Notes: generated by a model from the letters alone, not told the origin. A stretch of 64,000 nucleotides of DNA from Eubacteriales bacterium (GCA_045531965.1 JAZSFA010000113.1:29962-93961), one strand, 5' to 3'. Numbered from the stretch's first letter, positions 34,278 to 44,437 are shown. Translations and numbers: made by a program.

Positions 34278-36044
34278 ATGAAAAAAATTTTTGTTACCCT
34301 TCTCTGCCTCTTTTTGCTACTGACGGCGGCAGCCTGCACCCAAGATCCCGAAAAATCCTACGAAGAGCAAAAATCCCTGTACGACGGCATCATCGAGGAG
34401 TACACAGCCCTCCTGACCGCCAAGCAAAACGGCGAGGAATTGCCCGCGCCCGATACCGAGGGCATGGACGAGCGAGAGGCCGCGATTACCGATGCGCTTT
34501 ATCTTGTTGTCACAGCATGCGAGAGTCCCGAAAACATGGCCTACACCTACAAAGACATGGACAGCAACGGCACGCCGGAGCTACTGCTTTTAACCTACCC
34601 CTACGTCACGCCCTCTTTACCCTCCCTGCGAGCTATCTTTTCCCTTGACAAAAAATCCCCCGTTCTTCTGGCCTGCGCGGGCGAGGAAGAAGACTGGTAC
34701 TTCGACACAAAAGGTCAGGTGTTTGTTACCACCTATACTGTCCTCGACGAAGAAAAGAAGCAATGCGAGGCCACAAACGCCCACTTTTACGTAAAAGATG
34801 CCAAGCTGGTACAAGACACCCTGTACGGTCTATCCTGGATCATCAAAAACAACCGTCACGAATCATATCAATACTTTGAACTGATAGACGGCCAACGCCA
34901 ACCCGTTGACGAGGAACGCTATCACATCCTTTCCTCGGATTTCGACGAAGCGATCGAATACGCCGAGACCCTCGAGCAGAAGCTGAACTCTCCCCGCATC
35001 TTCTATCCGCTGACCGAACAGACCGAGTCCCCTCCCGCAGCGGATTTCTCCACCTACGCCGCCATCCGCGAGACCTACAAGGCCATTTCTTCCTGCATCG
35101 AGGATTATGATGATTCCAAGTGGTACGCCGGGAAATACGATCATCTCTTTTCCTACCCCGACGAGCAATCCTTTAACATTTATAACCGTCTCCTGTACAC
35201 CGCCTACAATGGCGCATACGACGAAGGCTATGATGAGATCGACCTCAACGGAGACGGGCAGAACGAGCTGGTGATCATGAACGAGGACTACACCATCAAG
35301 GCCATCTTTACCCAAAAGAAAAACAAGCCCGTGATGCTGGGAGCTTTTCCCAATGCGAGCTGCTGGCTGGACGACCAAGGACTCATCCATGTAGACCGCA
35401 TTGACTACTACGAATTGGAATACAGCTTGTATGAATTCACGAAGGATGGGAACTTCAACCTCATATATTCCCTCCTCCTGGCCGAGAACGGCAATCGCTA
35501 TCTGACGAAGGACGGCAAGACCGAGAAGATCTCCTTTGAGGAATCGCTGGAAATCTACTATGACGATTACTGCCGCTATACCGAGCCCTTCGAGGCCCAC
35601 GAGTATACCAGAAGCGTATCCGACCTGACCTATACGCCCCTTTTTGAGATGACAGACGATTTCCGAAAGGCCGCCACCGAGAAAACCTGGCAAAAACACG
35701 CCTCCTTGGACAAGACATCCGGAAAGGAATGGGGCGCGTGGAGCAACACCTACGTAACCTTTGAAAACGTCACCGACACTCAAATGGATGTGAATTTTAA
35801 ATACGTTTTTACCTTCAGTTACCCCGATCCCGACAGAGAAAACTACCTTTTGAACGATTCCACCGAATCAAACCTGAAGCTCACAGCAAGCAACCGGGAC
35901 GGCGTGTGGGTCTTTGAGGGAGAGGGTGTCAAAGGACACCTTGAGTTCAGTCATAAATACCTGTGGATCATCATCGATGAAAGCACCGACGAGCGGTTTC
36001 CCACAGGCTTCCATTGTTATGGACATAGCGAAAGCGAATCGTGA
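34278..36044 (+). CDS. lipoprotein of unknown function, paralog A
   Basis: 588 aa. Signal peptide ending LLTAAAC, and two DxDxNGxxEL calcium-site-like motifs (DMDSNGTPELLLL, DLNGDGQNELVIM). No family recognised. Confidence 0.7.
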   Translation: MKKIFVTLLCLFLLLTAAACTQDPEKSYEEQKSLYDGIIEEYTALLTAKQNGEELPAPDTEGMDEREAAITDALYLVVTACESPENMAYTYKDMDSNGTPELLLLTYPYVTPSLPSLRAIFSLDKKSPVLLACAGEEEDWYFDTKGQVFVTTYTVLDEEKKQCEATNAHFYVKDAKLVQDTLYGLSWIIKNNRHESYQYFELIDGQRQPVDEERYHILSSDFDEAIEYAETLEQKLNSPRIFYPLTEQTESPPAADFSTYAAIRETYKAISSCIEDYDDSKWYAGKYDHLFSYPDEQSFNIYNRLLYTAYNGAYDEGYDEIDLNGDGQNELVIMNEDYTIKAIFTQKKNKPVMLGAFPNASCWLDDQGLIHVDRIDYYELEYSLYEFTKDGNFNLIYSLLLAENGNRYLTKDGKTEKISFEESLEIYYDDYCRYTEPFEAHEYTRSVSDLTYTPLFEMTDDFRKAATEKTWQKHASLDKTSGKEWGAWSNTYVTFENVTDTQMDVNFKYVFTFSYPDPDRENYLLNDSTESNLKLTASNRDGVWVFEGEGVKGHLEFSHKYLWIIIDESTDERFPTGFHCYGHSESES

Positions 36045-36063
36045 ATGAAAGGAAGCAATCAAC

Positions 36064-37827
36064 ATGAAAAATTTTTTTGTCTCCCTGCTCTGCCTCTGTC
36101 TGCTTTTATCGGCGGCAGCCTGCACCCAAGACCCCGAAAAATCCTATGAAAAGCAAAAATCCCTGTACGACGGCATCATCGCGGAGTACACAGCCCTCCT
36201 GACCGCCAAGCAAAACGGCGAGGAATTGCCCGCGCCCGATACCGAGGGCATGGACGAGCGGGAGGCCGCCATTGCCACCGCCCTCCACGGCGTCGTAGAT
36301 GCCTGCAAGGATGCCGAAGTTGCCAAAACCCTGGGCTACGGCTACAAGGACATGGACGGCAACGGCACCCCCGAGCTGATCCTGCTGTCCAAATATGCCG
36401 GCGTTAAGGCCCTCTTTACTATTTCGGGCAAGAAACCCATCCTGCTGGAGGCCAATTACGGGAAAGGCGGTGCCTTCCTGTTTGGTACAGATCACCGCTT
36501 CTTTATAGAGCGTTCAACCGTCGAAGGCAACATCGAGGAAAGTATTGTTTACATCGGCCGCGTGGACGGAGACAAAATGGCCTACAGCGCCATTTACGGC
36601 GGTCTCTATGACATGGATAAGAGAGAAGTTCTTGAATATTTCCAAATCGCAGACGGAGAGCGGACGACCATTGACAAGGAGACCCACGACGAGCTGAATC
36701 GGGAATACCGCCGTATCACCACTACCACGGACTACGGTCGAACCGTCAAATTGCTGACGCCTTACATCCACCTCCCGTTGGTTGACAAGGCTTTGGCCGA
36801 GGATCTTCCCGTAGCGGATTTTTCAAGCTACGCCGCCATCCGCGAGACCTACAAGGCCATCTCCACCTGCCTGGAGAAATTTGATCACGCCAAATGGCTT
36901 CAGGGAGAATACGACGATCTCTTTACCTTCCCGAACGATCTTTCATTTGAATATTATACCCAACTTCTTTACACCGCCTATCGGGGTGCCTCCCACGAGG
37001 GCTACGACGAGATCGACCTCAACGGCGACGGGCAGGACGAGCTGGTCATCATGAACGAGGACTACACCATCAAGGCCATCTTTACCCAAAGGAACGGCAA
37101 GCCCGTCCTTTTGGATGCTTTCTTCGACATGAACGCCTGCTGGCTGGACGAGAAAGGGCTGATCCACGTGGACCGCACGGATTATTACGAGTTGGAATAC
37201 AGCCTGTACGAATTCACGAAGGAGGGAGACTACAATCTCGTTTATTCCATTCTCGCGGCCGAGAACAGCAATCGCTATCTGACGAGGGACGGCAAAACGG
37301 AGATCATCTCCTTTGAGGATTCCCTGACGCTCTATCACGACGAATACTGTTGCTATTCCGAACCGTTCTCACCCAACGAGTATACCAGAAACGTATCAAG
37401 CCTGACCTACACCCCTTTGGTCGAGCCGAAGGAGGATCTCCGCAAAGCCGCCGCCGATACCACGTGGCACAAAAATGCCAATTTGGAAGAGACTTCGGGC
37501 AAAGACTGGGCGTATAGCAACACCTACGTGACATTCGACAACGCAACGGACACGCAGATGGACATGAACGTCAGATACGCCTTCACCTTCCTTTATCCCA
37601 ACCCCGACGGAGATAATTCTCTCTTGGACGATACCACCGAATCCTCGTTGAAGCTCACAGCAAGCAACCGGGACGGCGTGTGGGTCTTTGAGGGAGCGGG
37701 TGTCAAAGGACACCTTGAGTTCGGACAGGAGCGTCTATGGATCATCTTTGATGAAAGCTCCGACCAGCGGTTCCCCGCAGGCGCGTACTGCTACTTCGCG
37801 CAGGAAGATTCCGACGATATGCCCTGA
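36064..37827 (+). CDS. lipoprotein of unknown function, paralog B
   Basis: 587 aa, collinear with paralog A. The first ~65 residues and several internal blocks are nearly identical. Separated from A by 19 bp. Confidence 0.7.
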   Translation: MKNFFVSLLCLCLLLSAAACTQDPEKSYEKQKSLYDGIIAEYTALLTAKQNGEELPAPDTEGMDEREAAIATALHGVVDACKDAEVAKTLGYGYKDMDGNGTPELILLSKYAGVKALFTISGKKPILLEANYGKGGAFLFGTDHRFFIERSTVEGNIEESIVYIGRVDGDKMAYSAIYGGLYDMDKREVLEYFQIADGERTTIDKETHDELNREYRRITTTTDYGRTVKLLTPYIHLPLVDKALAEDLPVADFSSYAAIRETYKAISTCLEKFDHAKWLQGEYDDLFTFPNDLSFEYYTQLLYTAYRGASHEGYDEIDLNGDGQDELVIMNEDYTIKAIFTQRNGKPVLLDAFFDMNACWLDEKGLIHVDRTDYYELEYSLYEFTKEGDYNLVYSILAAENSNRYLTRDGKTEIISFEDSLTLYHDEYCCYSEPFSPNEYTRNVSSLTYTPLVEPKEDLRKAAADTTWHKNANLEETSGKDWAYSNTYVTFDNATDTQMDMNVRYAFTFLYPNPDGDNSLLDDTTESSLKLTASNRDGVWVFEGAGVKGHLEFGQERLWIIFDESSDQRFPAGAYCYFAQEDSDDMP

Positions 37828-37834
37828 CGAACAT

Positions 37835-37875
37835 AAAAGCGCACACCCGCCCTTGGCAGGTGTGCGCGATTTTTA
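37835..37875. terminator. bidirectional terminator between convergent genes
   Basis: AAAA-GCGCACACC-loop-GGTGTGCGC-GATTTTT. Confidence 0.7.
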
Positions 37876-37885
37876 TGGATCAAAA

Positions 37886-39517
37886 TTACTTTTTGCCTTC
37901 CTCCAAAGAGCTCATCACCGACACGGTGACTTCCTTGTCATAGCAGGCAAACATTTCGTTCACGCCCGAAGGAGCGGTCTTCTGCGTCAGCAGGCTGACC
38001 ACGGGAACGATGACCAGACCCACCAGCATGGCCAGCATACCCGCGTTGATGGACGAACCGCAGAAGTAAGCCAGTACAGGATTCTCGAAGGAAATCTTGA
38101 GCACGGCGTTGAGGATGAACTGGGTCAGGGTAATGCCAAGACCCGTGGCGAAGGACACCCATACAGCGGCCTTGGTAACCTTCTTCCAGAACAGACCGTA
38201 CAGGAAGGGAGCCAGGAAGCAGCCCGCCAACGCGCCCCAGGAGATACCCATGAGATCGGAGATGTAGAGCTTCTTGGCAAGCTCGGCGTTACCGACCACC
38301 AAAATGGCGATAGCGGCGGCAATGACAATAGAGATAGCCAGCAAGACACGCATGATGAGCATACTGGACTTCTCGTTTTTTTGCTTTTTGGAGAGCGGCG
38401 CGATCAGGTCAAGGGTGATGGTGGAAGCAGAAGTCATAGCCAGAGACGACAAGGTGGACATGGACGCTGCCAAAACCAAAATTAGCACAAGACCGATGAG
38501 CCACGCGCCGCCGTTGCCCATGCCCTTCTCGATGGCACCCAGCATGGCGGGGATGATGGTATCGAAGGAAGCGGGCGCGGTACCTGCGGCGTTCATGGCC
38601 ACGCTGTCGGCGTACAAACGGCCAAAGCCGCCTAGGAAGTAGCAACCACCTGCCACAATGACAGCAAAGACAGTGGAAATGACAGTACCCTTATGGATGG
38701 CACCCTCGTCCTTGATGGCGTAGAATTTACCCACCATCTGGGGCAGACCCCAAGTCCCCAGGGAGGTCAGAATGACCACGCCCAAAAGCTGTAGGGGATG
38801 AGGGCCAAGGAAGGAGGTGTACGCACCGTTGAAGGCAGTACCGTCAGCGGTGACGGTGGAGCCTTCGGACAGCTTTGCGATAGCCTCGGTGAGTCCGCCG
38901 TTGGATGCCAGCATAGCACCGATCACAGCCACGATACCCACCAGCATGATGATGCCCTGGATAAAGTTATTCATAGCGGAACCCATGTAGCCGCCAATGA
39001 TGACGTAAACACCCGTCAAGACGGCCATGATCAGCACCCATCCCCAGTAAGGAACGCCCGCGAAGGAAGCCGAAAACAGCCAGGAGAGACCATTGAAAAG
39101 GGAGGCGGTGTAGGGGATCAAGAACACGAAGACGATGACGGCGGCCACCAAACGCAAAGCCTTGGAATTGAAGCGAAGACCGAAAAAATCGGGCATGGTG
39201 CGGCTGCCGAGATGCTGGGTCATGATACGGGTACGACGACCCAGGATAACCCACGCCATCAGCGAGCCAATGAAGGCGTTGCCCAGACCAATCCATGTGG
39301 AAGCAAGACCAAAATTCCAACCGAATCTACCTGCGTAGCCAATAAAGATAACGGCGGAAAAGTAGGATGTGCCGAATGAAAAAGCGGTAAGCCAGGGACC
39401 GACCGAGCGACCACCCAAAACAAATCCGTCCACGCCCTTGGCAGAGCGGCTGGACAACACACCGACTACGATGGTGACGGCAAAGAATACCACGATCATG
39501 AGAAGCTTGACAAGCAT
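37886..39517 (-). CDS. sodium:solute symporter (SSS) family transporter
   Basis: 543 aa, about 13 TM helices. The N-terminal GGRSVGPWLTAFSFGTSYFSA motif is typical of the SSS family. AAGGAGGA RBS. Confidence 0.85.
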   Translation of the reverse strand: MLVKLLMIVVFFAVTIVVGVLSSRSAKGVDGFVLGGRSVGPWLTAFSFGTSYFSAVIFIGYAGRFGWNFGLASTWIGLGNAFIGSLMAWVILGRRTRIMTQHLGSRTMPDFFGLRFNSKALRLVAAVIVFVFLIPYTASLFNGLSWLFSASFAGVPYWGWVLIMAVLTGVYVIIGGYMGSAMNNFIQGIIMLVGIVAVIGAMLASNGGLTEAIAKLSEGSTVTADGTAFNGAYTSFLGPHPLQLLGVVILTSLGTWGLPQMVGKFYAIKDEGAIHKGTVISTVFAVIVAGGCYFLGGFGRLYADSVAMNAAGTAPASFDTIIPAMLGAIEKGMGNGGAWLIGLVLILVLAASMSTLSSLAMTSASTITLDLIAPLSKKQKNEKSSMLIMRVLLAISIVIAAAIAILVVGNAELAKKLYISDLMGISWGALAGCFLAPFLYGLFWKKVTKAAVWVSFATGLGITLTQFILNAVLKISFENPVLAYFCGSSINAGMLAMLVGLVIVPVVSLLTQKTAPSGVNEMFACYDKEVTVSVMSSLEEGKK

Positions 39518-39581
39518 AGTGTCCTCCTTGAAATGCGCCCAAAGGCTGAAATATGGGAGACAGGAGGATTATGAGAGCAAT

Positions 39582-39905
39582 AAAAAACCACCCTCGCTCC
39601 CCTGTCTAAAATAAGGGAAGAGGGCGGATATACCGCGGTACCACCTCTTGTTTATTTCGGCCTTACAGTCGAAACCTCGTGAAGCACGCCCGCGGAAATG
39701 ACCGCAAGGTTATGCCTCCGCGCGATAACGGACGCCTCCGATGACCCCTTGACCCCCGCTGCAGACAGAGGCTTTCAGCATCACAGCTCCCGGGATGTAT
39801 TTCTTCGGTGCTCACCTCCGTCTCACACCAACCGACGGCTCTCTGTAGGGTCACATCCGAATACTTCTTCCCGATCATCACTTTTGTTTCCGACAATCTC
39901 TCGGA
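39582..39905 (-). promoter_or_regulatory. T-box riboswitch leader (specifier read as UAC, Tyr)
   Basis: Minus sense, stem I: GTGATGA K-turn, AGTA, AGAGAG, GGTTGGTG distal motifs. Specifier loop GAAAUACA with UAC at 39799-39797. T-box core AGAGGTGGTACCGCGG at 39648-39633. Terminator 39627-39582 (CCGCCCTCTTCCC...GGGGAGCGAGGGTGG then TTTTTT). Confidence 0.85.
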
Positions 39906-39913
39906 ATGCTGAC

Positions 39914-39942
39914 ATTATACACGATTTCCTTTAGTTTGTCAA
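39914..39942 (-). promoter_or_regulatory. promoter of the T-box leader
   Basis: Minus sense: TTGACA, 17 nt, TATAAT. Confidence 0.6.
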
Positions 39943-40074
39943 GGGGGGATATTCAAAAAAATATCAAAATCTCGTTTTTTATGCAATTCTTTTTTCCATC
40001 GCCATCAAATATTTCCTTGAGGCGGCGCCTTTTAGAGAATTACTAAAGATTTTTGCCTAATTTATCGTGTCCCC

Positions 40075-40103
40075 TTGCAATATTCGCCGTTTTATGGTAT
40101 GAT
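40075..40103 (+). promoter_or_regulatory. promoter of the 40136 gene
   Basis: TTGCAA, 17 nt, TATGAT, followed by AAAGGAGA RBS. Confidence 0.5.
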
Positions 40104-40135
40104 AAATTGAAAAGATACCCCAAAGGAGAACGGCT

Positions 40136-41644
40136 ATGAAAAAACGTGTCATGAACCTTGTAAACTTCGTTCGTGGTTGTGAGCCTCGCCAGCCTTGGCA
40201 GGATCTTTATACGCCCATCAAGGAAGAAATCGCCATCAACAAGCATTATGGTTTTGATCATACCGTACTGATGCAGTACGATGCCCTCATTCGGTCTGAC
40301 ATGGTGGAACTGATGAAAACCGAAATGGATGATCATATGGAGTTGGGTCTTTGGTTTGAGATGGGACGCCCTCTTGTTGAGGCTGTAGGGATTGAATGGC
40401 GCGGTCGTCCCGGGTATGATTGGGACTGGTTTGTCAATCCCGGATTCTTGCCCGCCTATACCCCCCGGCAGAGAGAAGCGATCATTGACGAGGCCTTCCG
40501 ACTTTTCAAAGATACTTTCGGATATTATCCTCAGGTGGCAGGCTCTTGGCTTATAGATATACACTCCCTCGCCTACATGAGCGACAAATACGATATGAAG
40601 GCTTTTTGTGTGTGCCGCGAGCAGTTTGCCGTGGATGCCTATACTTTGTGGGGGGGCTACTACAGCGGCGGTTTCTATCCTTCTCGCAAGAATATGCTCT
40701 GTCCCGCCCAAACGCCCGAAGCTGGCATCACCACCCCGTTGTTTCGTATGCTGGGTCTTGACCCCATGTACGGCTACGACGAGCAGAAATACACCGACAA
40801 GATCTGGGGATGTCCCACCATGGAACCTGTTTGGGGTCCCGGAACCAACCCCAATGTGGTGGATTGGTATTTGGACACCTATTACAAGAACCCCTGCCTG
40901 ACCTTGTCTCAAATGACCACAGGGCAGGAAAACAGTTTTGGGTGGGATATGATTCAAAACGGCTACCGTATGCAAGCCAAAAAGATCGCCGCATATCGTG
41001 ACAAGGGACTTATATCCGTGGAAAAGCTGGGAGATACGGGCGAAGCTTATCAGAAAGCGCACAAGATCACCCCCGCCTCGGCTCTTTGCGCCACTACCGA
41101 CTGGACAGGGAACGGACATCAGTCCGTATGGTACAGCTGTGCCAATTATCGTACCAACCTATTCCTTCACGAGGGGCGGCTTTTCTTTCGCGATATAACC
41201 AAATTCGACGATCGCTATGCAGAGCGTTATCTGACCGAAGCCTGCACAGCATGGGATGCGCGCTATGATAATCTTCCCATGGTGGACGGAAGACTTTGGA
41301 GTAAAGACGGCAAGCATAGCGAGCTGGTCGTCTCTCGCCCCGTCAAAGCCATGACTTGCATTGAAAAGGGACAATCTCTCGAAATAGACCTCTTGTTTGC
41401 CGACGGTTGTCATGGACTCATTCTCTTGACGCCGGAACGCATTCTGACGCAAGCTTGCGGTAATCTTTTCTACCGTTTAGGCACCCCCGATGCCAAAATT
41501 ATATGTGACAAAGATAACTTCTCCTTTGTCTATCATAATTTCTCCTACAGCATAGCCGTTCAAGCCGGCGTGGCTGCCGACGAAGATGGCTATATACTCA
41601 GCGAATCAGAAGGCAAGATTCTCCTTGAAATGGCGCTGAAATAA
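40136..41644 (+). CDS. hypothetical cytoplasmic protein (possibly carbohydrate-active, family not recognised)
   Basis: 502 aa with a good RBS, normal amino-acid composition and no signal peptide. The antisense ORF 40043-41119 is low-complexity and rejected. Confidence 0.6.
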   Translation: MKKRVMNLVNFVRGCEPRQPWQDLYTPIKEEIAINKHYGFDHTVLMQYDALIRSDMVELMKTEMDDHMELGLWFEMGRPLVEAVGIEWRGRPGYDWDWFVNPGFLPAYTPRQREAIIDEAFRLFKDTFGYYPQVAGSWLIDIHSLAYMSDKYDMKAFCVCREQFAVDAYTLWGGYYSGGFYPSRKNMLCPAQTPEAGITTPLFRMLGLDPMYGYDEQKYTDKIWGCPTMEPVWGPGTNPNVVDWYLDTYYKNPCLTLSQMTTGQENSFGWDMIQNGYRMQAKKIAAYRDKGLISVEKLGDTGEAYQKAHKITPASALCATTDWTGNGHQSVWYSCANYRTNLFLHEGRLFFRDITKFDDRYAERYLTEACTAWDARYDNLPMVDGRLWSKDGKHSELVVSRPVKAMTCIEKGQSLEIDLLFADGCHGLILLTPERILTQACGNLFYRLGTPDAKIICDKDNFSFVYHNFSYSIAVQAGVAADEDGYILSESEGKILLEMALK

Positions 41645-41670
41645 AGTTTTGAAAAGAGGCGACTATATCC

Positions 41671-42459
41671 ATGACGATCAATTATCATACACATACCGTC
41701 CGCTGCTGTCATGCATCTCAAGATAACGATGCCACATATGCAGAGGTAGCACACAACACGGGTCTTCGGGAGTTAGGGTTTTCAGATCACGTGCCCTACC
41801 CCTTTGAAGATCAGCATTTTTCCGGTTGCCGCATGAGATGCTCGGAGCTTTCCGATTACATGAGCAGTCTCACGGCATTAAAGTCCGCCTACGCGGGTCG
41901 CATGGATATCCACATTGGCTTTGAGGCAGAGTATTATCCCGCCTATTTTGACAAGTTGCTTGACCTACTGGCACCATATCCCTGCGAGTATCTGATCCTC
42001 GGTCAGCATTTTATCAATAACGAGATCGGCGAACCCTATAACGGTGGAGTTACAGACTCGGCGGAGCGGTTACACATATACACAGAGCAATGTAAGCGCG
42101 CTATGGATACGGGAAGATTCACCTATCTTGCCCACCCTGATCTACTGCATTTCATCGGAGATGAATCCTTCTACCGCCGGGAAGCCCGTGCCTTGTGCCG
42201 CGCCGCCAAAGACCATGGGATGCCCATAGAATTCAACTTATTGGGTTTCATTCAGAATCGTCACTATCCTCGCCGCGCTTTTTGGGAAGAAGCCGCAGTG
42301 ATCAGCCCTCAAGTCATCCTTGGCTGGGACGCGCACTCCCCTCAATGGATGGAGCAACCTGAAAAGGAAGCTGAGGCGCGCGCCTATCTGCTTGAATTAG
42401 GTATGACCCCCATAGACAACCTCACCTTGGTCGATCCTTTATTTGACAGAAGACCATAA
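41671..42459 (+). CDS. hisJ: PHP-family histidinol-phosphatase (HisJ-type)
   Basis: NYHTHTVRCCHA, GFSDHVP, GFEAEY and AHPDL metal-ligand motifs of the PHP/HisJ family. Confidence 0.75.
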   Translation: MTINYHTHTVRCCHASQDNDATYAEVAHNTGLRELGFSDHVPYPFEDQHFSGCRMRCSELSDYMSSLTALKSAYAGRMDIHIGFEAEYYPAYFDKLLDLLAPYPCEYLILGQHFINNEIGEPYNGGVTDSAERLHIYTEQCKRAMDTGRFTYLAHPDLLHFIGDESFYRREARALCRAAKDHGMPIEFNLLGFIQNRHYPRRAFWEEAAVISPQVILGWDAHSPQWMEQPEKEAEARAYLLELGMTPIDNLTLVDPLFDRRP

Positions 42460-42470
42460 AACTGAACGCC

Positions 42471-42499
42471 AAAAGCCTGTTCGTTTGAACAGGCTTTTT
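42471..42499 (+). terminator. terminator after hisJ
   Basis: AAAAGCCTGTTC-gttt-GAACAGGCTTTTT. Confidence 0.75.
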
Positions 42500-42550
42500 G
42501 TTCGGCCAAAGATCCCCCTGTGAAGGATTCAACCGTTCATGTGGCAAAAC

Positions 42551-42582
42551 AAAAAAGCCTCCACCAAAGTGGAAGCTTTTTT
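42551..42582 (-). terminator. terminator after rplA
   Basis: Minus sense: AAAAAAGCTTCCAC-tttg-GTGGAGGCTTTTTT. Confidence 0.7.
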
Positions 42583-42603
42583 ATCAATGTTTCTCAGCTC
42601 AAA

Positions 42604-43299
42604 TCAGCTCAGCTTAGACTGGTTGATCTTGATACCGGGGCCCATGGTGGAAGCAATCACGCAGGACTTGATATACTGACCCTTAGCAGCAGCGGGCTTA
42701 GCCTTAATAACTGCGCCAACCAGGGTATCGAAGTTAGCCTGGAGCTTCTCTGCACCGAAGGATGCCTTACCGATGGGGCAGTGGATAATGTTGGTCTTGT
42801 CGAGACGGTACTCGATCTTACCGGCCTTAGCCTCGCGAACAGCCTTGGCAACATCGTTGGTAACGGTGCCTGCCTTGGGAGAGGGCATCAGACCCTTGGG
42901 ACCCAGAACCTTACCCAGACGACCGATGGTACCCATCATGTCGGGGGAAGCAATGACGACGTCGAAGTCGAACCAGTTTTCCTTCTGGATCTTCTCGGCG
43001 TACTCAACACCACCAACGTAATCTGCGCCAGCCTCCTGAGCCTTGGCGATGTTATCGCCCTTAGCGAATACCAGGATCTTCACAGTCTTACCGGTACCGT
43101 TGGGCAGAACAACTGCACCACGAACCTGCTGGTCAGCGTGACGGGAGTCAACACCCAAACGGATGTGGATCTCGATGGTCTCATCGAACTTTGCCTTGGA
43201 AGTCTGGCAAACCAGAGCCAGAGCCTCGGCGGGATCATACATTTTGCTCTTGTCGATCAGCTTTACGCTGTCGGAATACTTCTTTCCTACTTTAGCCAT
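42604..43299 (-). CDS. rplA: 50S ribosomal protein L1
   Basis: 231 aa. MAKVGKKY...[14 protein letters not shown]...RGAVVLP is the canonical L1 sequence. Confidence 0.97.
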   Translation of the reverse strand: MAKVGKKYSDSVKLIDKSKMYDPAEALALVCQTSKAKFDETIEIHIRLGVDSRHADQQVRGAVVLPNGTGKTVKILVFAKGDNIAKAQEAGADYVGGVEYAEKIQKENWFDFDVVIASPDMMGTIGRLGKVLGPKGLMPSPKAGTVTNDVAKAVREAKAGKIEYRLDKTNIIHCPIGKASFGAEKLQANFDTLVGAVIKAKPAAAKGQYIKSCVIASTMGPGIKINQSKLS

Positions 43300-43316
43300 T
43301 TCCGTACACCTCCGAA

Positions 43317-43742
43317 TTAGTCTACCACGGTGATACCCATGGAACGAGCGGTACCTGCGATCATGCTCATAGCAGCCTCGAGGGAACCTGCGTTCAGGTC
43401 GGGCATCTTGGTTTCTGCGATCTTCTTCACCTGCTCCTTGGTGATGCTTGCCACCTTGGTCTTGTTGGGCTTGTCGGATGCAGTCTCGATGCCGGCAGCC
43501 TTCTTAATCAGGACGGGAGCGGGGGGAGTCTTGGTGATGAAGGTGAAGGAACGGTCAGCGTACACAGTAATGACAACGGGAATGATCAGACCGATGTCAT
43601 TCTTGGTGCGCTCGTTGAATTCCTTGGTGAATACGGGAATAGCCACACCGTACTGACCCAGAGCGGGACCTACGGGAGGCTGAGGGGTTGCCTTACCGGC
43701 AGGAAGCTGGAGCTTGATATAACCCATAATTTTCTTTGCCAT
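43317..43742 (-). CDS. rplK: 50S ribosomal protein L11
   Basis: 141 aa. [22 protein letters not shown] is the canonical L11 sequence. Confidence 0.97.
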   Translation of the reverse strand: MAKKIMGYIKLQLPAGKATPQPPVGPALGQYGVAIPVFTKEFNERTKNDIGLIIPVVITVYADRSFTFITKTPPAPVLIKKAAGIETASDKPNKTKVASITKEQVKKIAETKMPDLNAGSLEAAMSMIAGTARSMGITVVD

Positions 43743-43897
43743 AATTGAATTCCTCCATTTGTGGTACTTGTGCGGGAGATTTGCCAGAGGCGATATTTTC
43801 TCCCTCCCACGGGCGACAGCTTAATGGTGTTGCGTCGCCGTTATTTTGTCAGTTTTAGCGGATAACGCCGCCAAAGCTTGCCATTTAGCAGCTTTGT

Positions 43898-44437
43898 TTA
43901 TTGCGCGAGCTTGATATCAGAGCTATCAAGCTCCACGGGGATGTCACGGCGGCCTCTCTTGACCAGAACCGTAACCTTCCGAAGATCTTCGGAGATGGAT
44001 TGGATGACACCTTGGTAACCTTCAAACATACCGCTAACGATAGATACTTCGTCGCCTTCGTTGAAGTTCAGATGCACCTTGACCTCTTCAAAGTTCAGTC
44101 GAGCCACCTCTTCTTCGGTAAGAGGGGTGGGACGAGAGCCGGGACCTACAAAGCCCGTGACACCGGTGATGTTTCTGACCGCGTGCCAGCTCTCACCCGT
44201 CATGATCATCTTAATGAATACATAGGTAGGGAACACCTTGACTTCCACAGTCTTTTCCTCAGCACCGTTCTTCTCAATGACCGTCTCAACGGGTATGCGG
44301 ATGTCGAAAATCAAATTTCCGAGACCGCGGTTTTCAACAATTTTTTCAAGGTTCGCTTTAACCTTGCTTTCGTAGCCGGAATAAGTATGCGCCACATACC
44401 ATTGCAGGCCTTCATTCAGTTCGTCGATATTGCTCAT
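43898..44437 (-). CDS. nusG: transcription termination/antitermination factor NusG
   Basis: 179 aa. WYVAHTYSGYE NGN domain and a C-terminal KOW motif (GDEVSIVSGMFEGYQGVI). Confidence 0.95.
   Translation of the reverse strand: MSNIDELNEGLQWYVAHTYSGYESKVKANLEKIVENRGLGNLIFDIRIPVETVIEKNGAEEKTVEVKVFPTYVFIKMIMTGESWHAVRNITGVTGFVGPGSRPTPLTEEEVARLNFEEVKVHLNFNEGDEVSIVSGMFEGYQGVIQSISEDLRKVTVLVKRGRRDIPVELDSSDIKLAQ

Noticed and set aside
40043-41119. 358-aa minus-strand ORF opposite the 40136-41644 gene.
   Set aside because: It has no RBS and a biased composition. The plus-strand ORF has a promoter, a strong RBS and a normal protein-like sequence.
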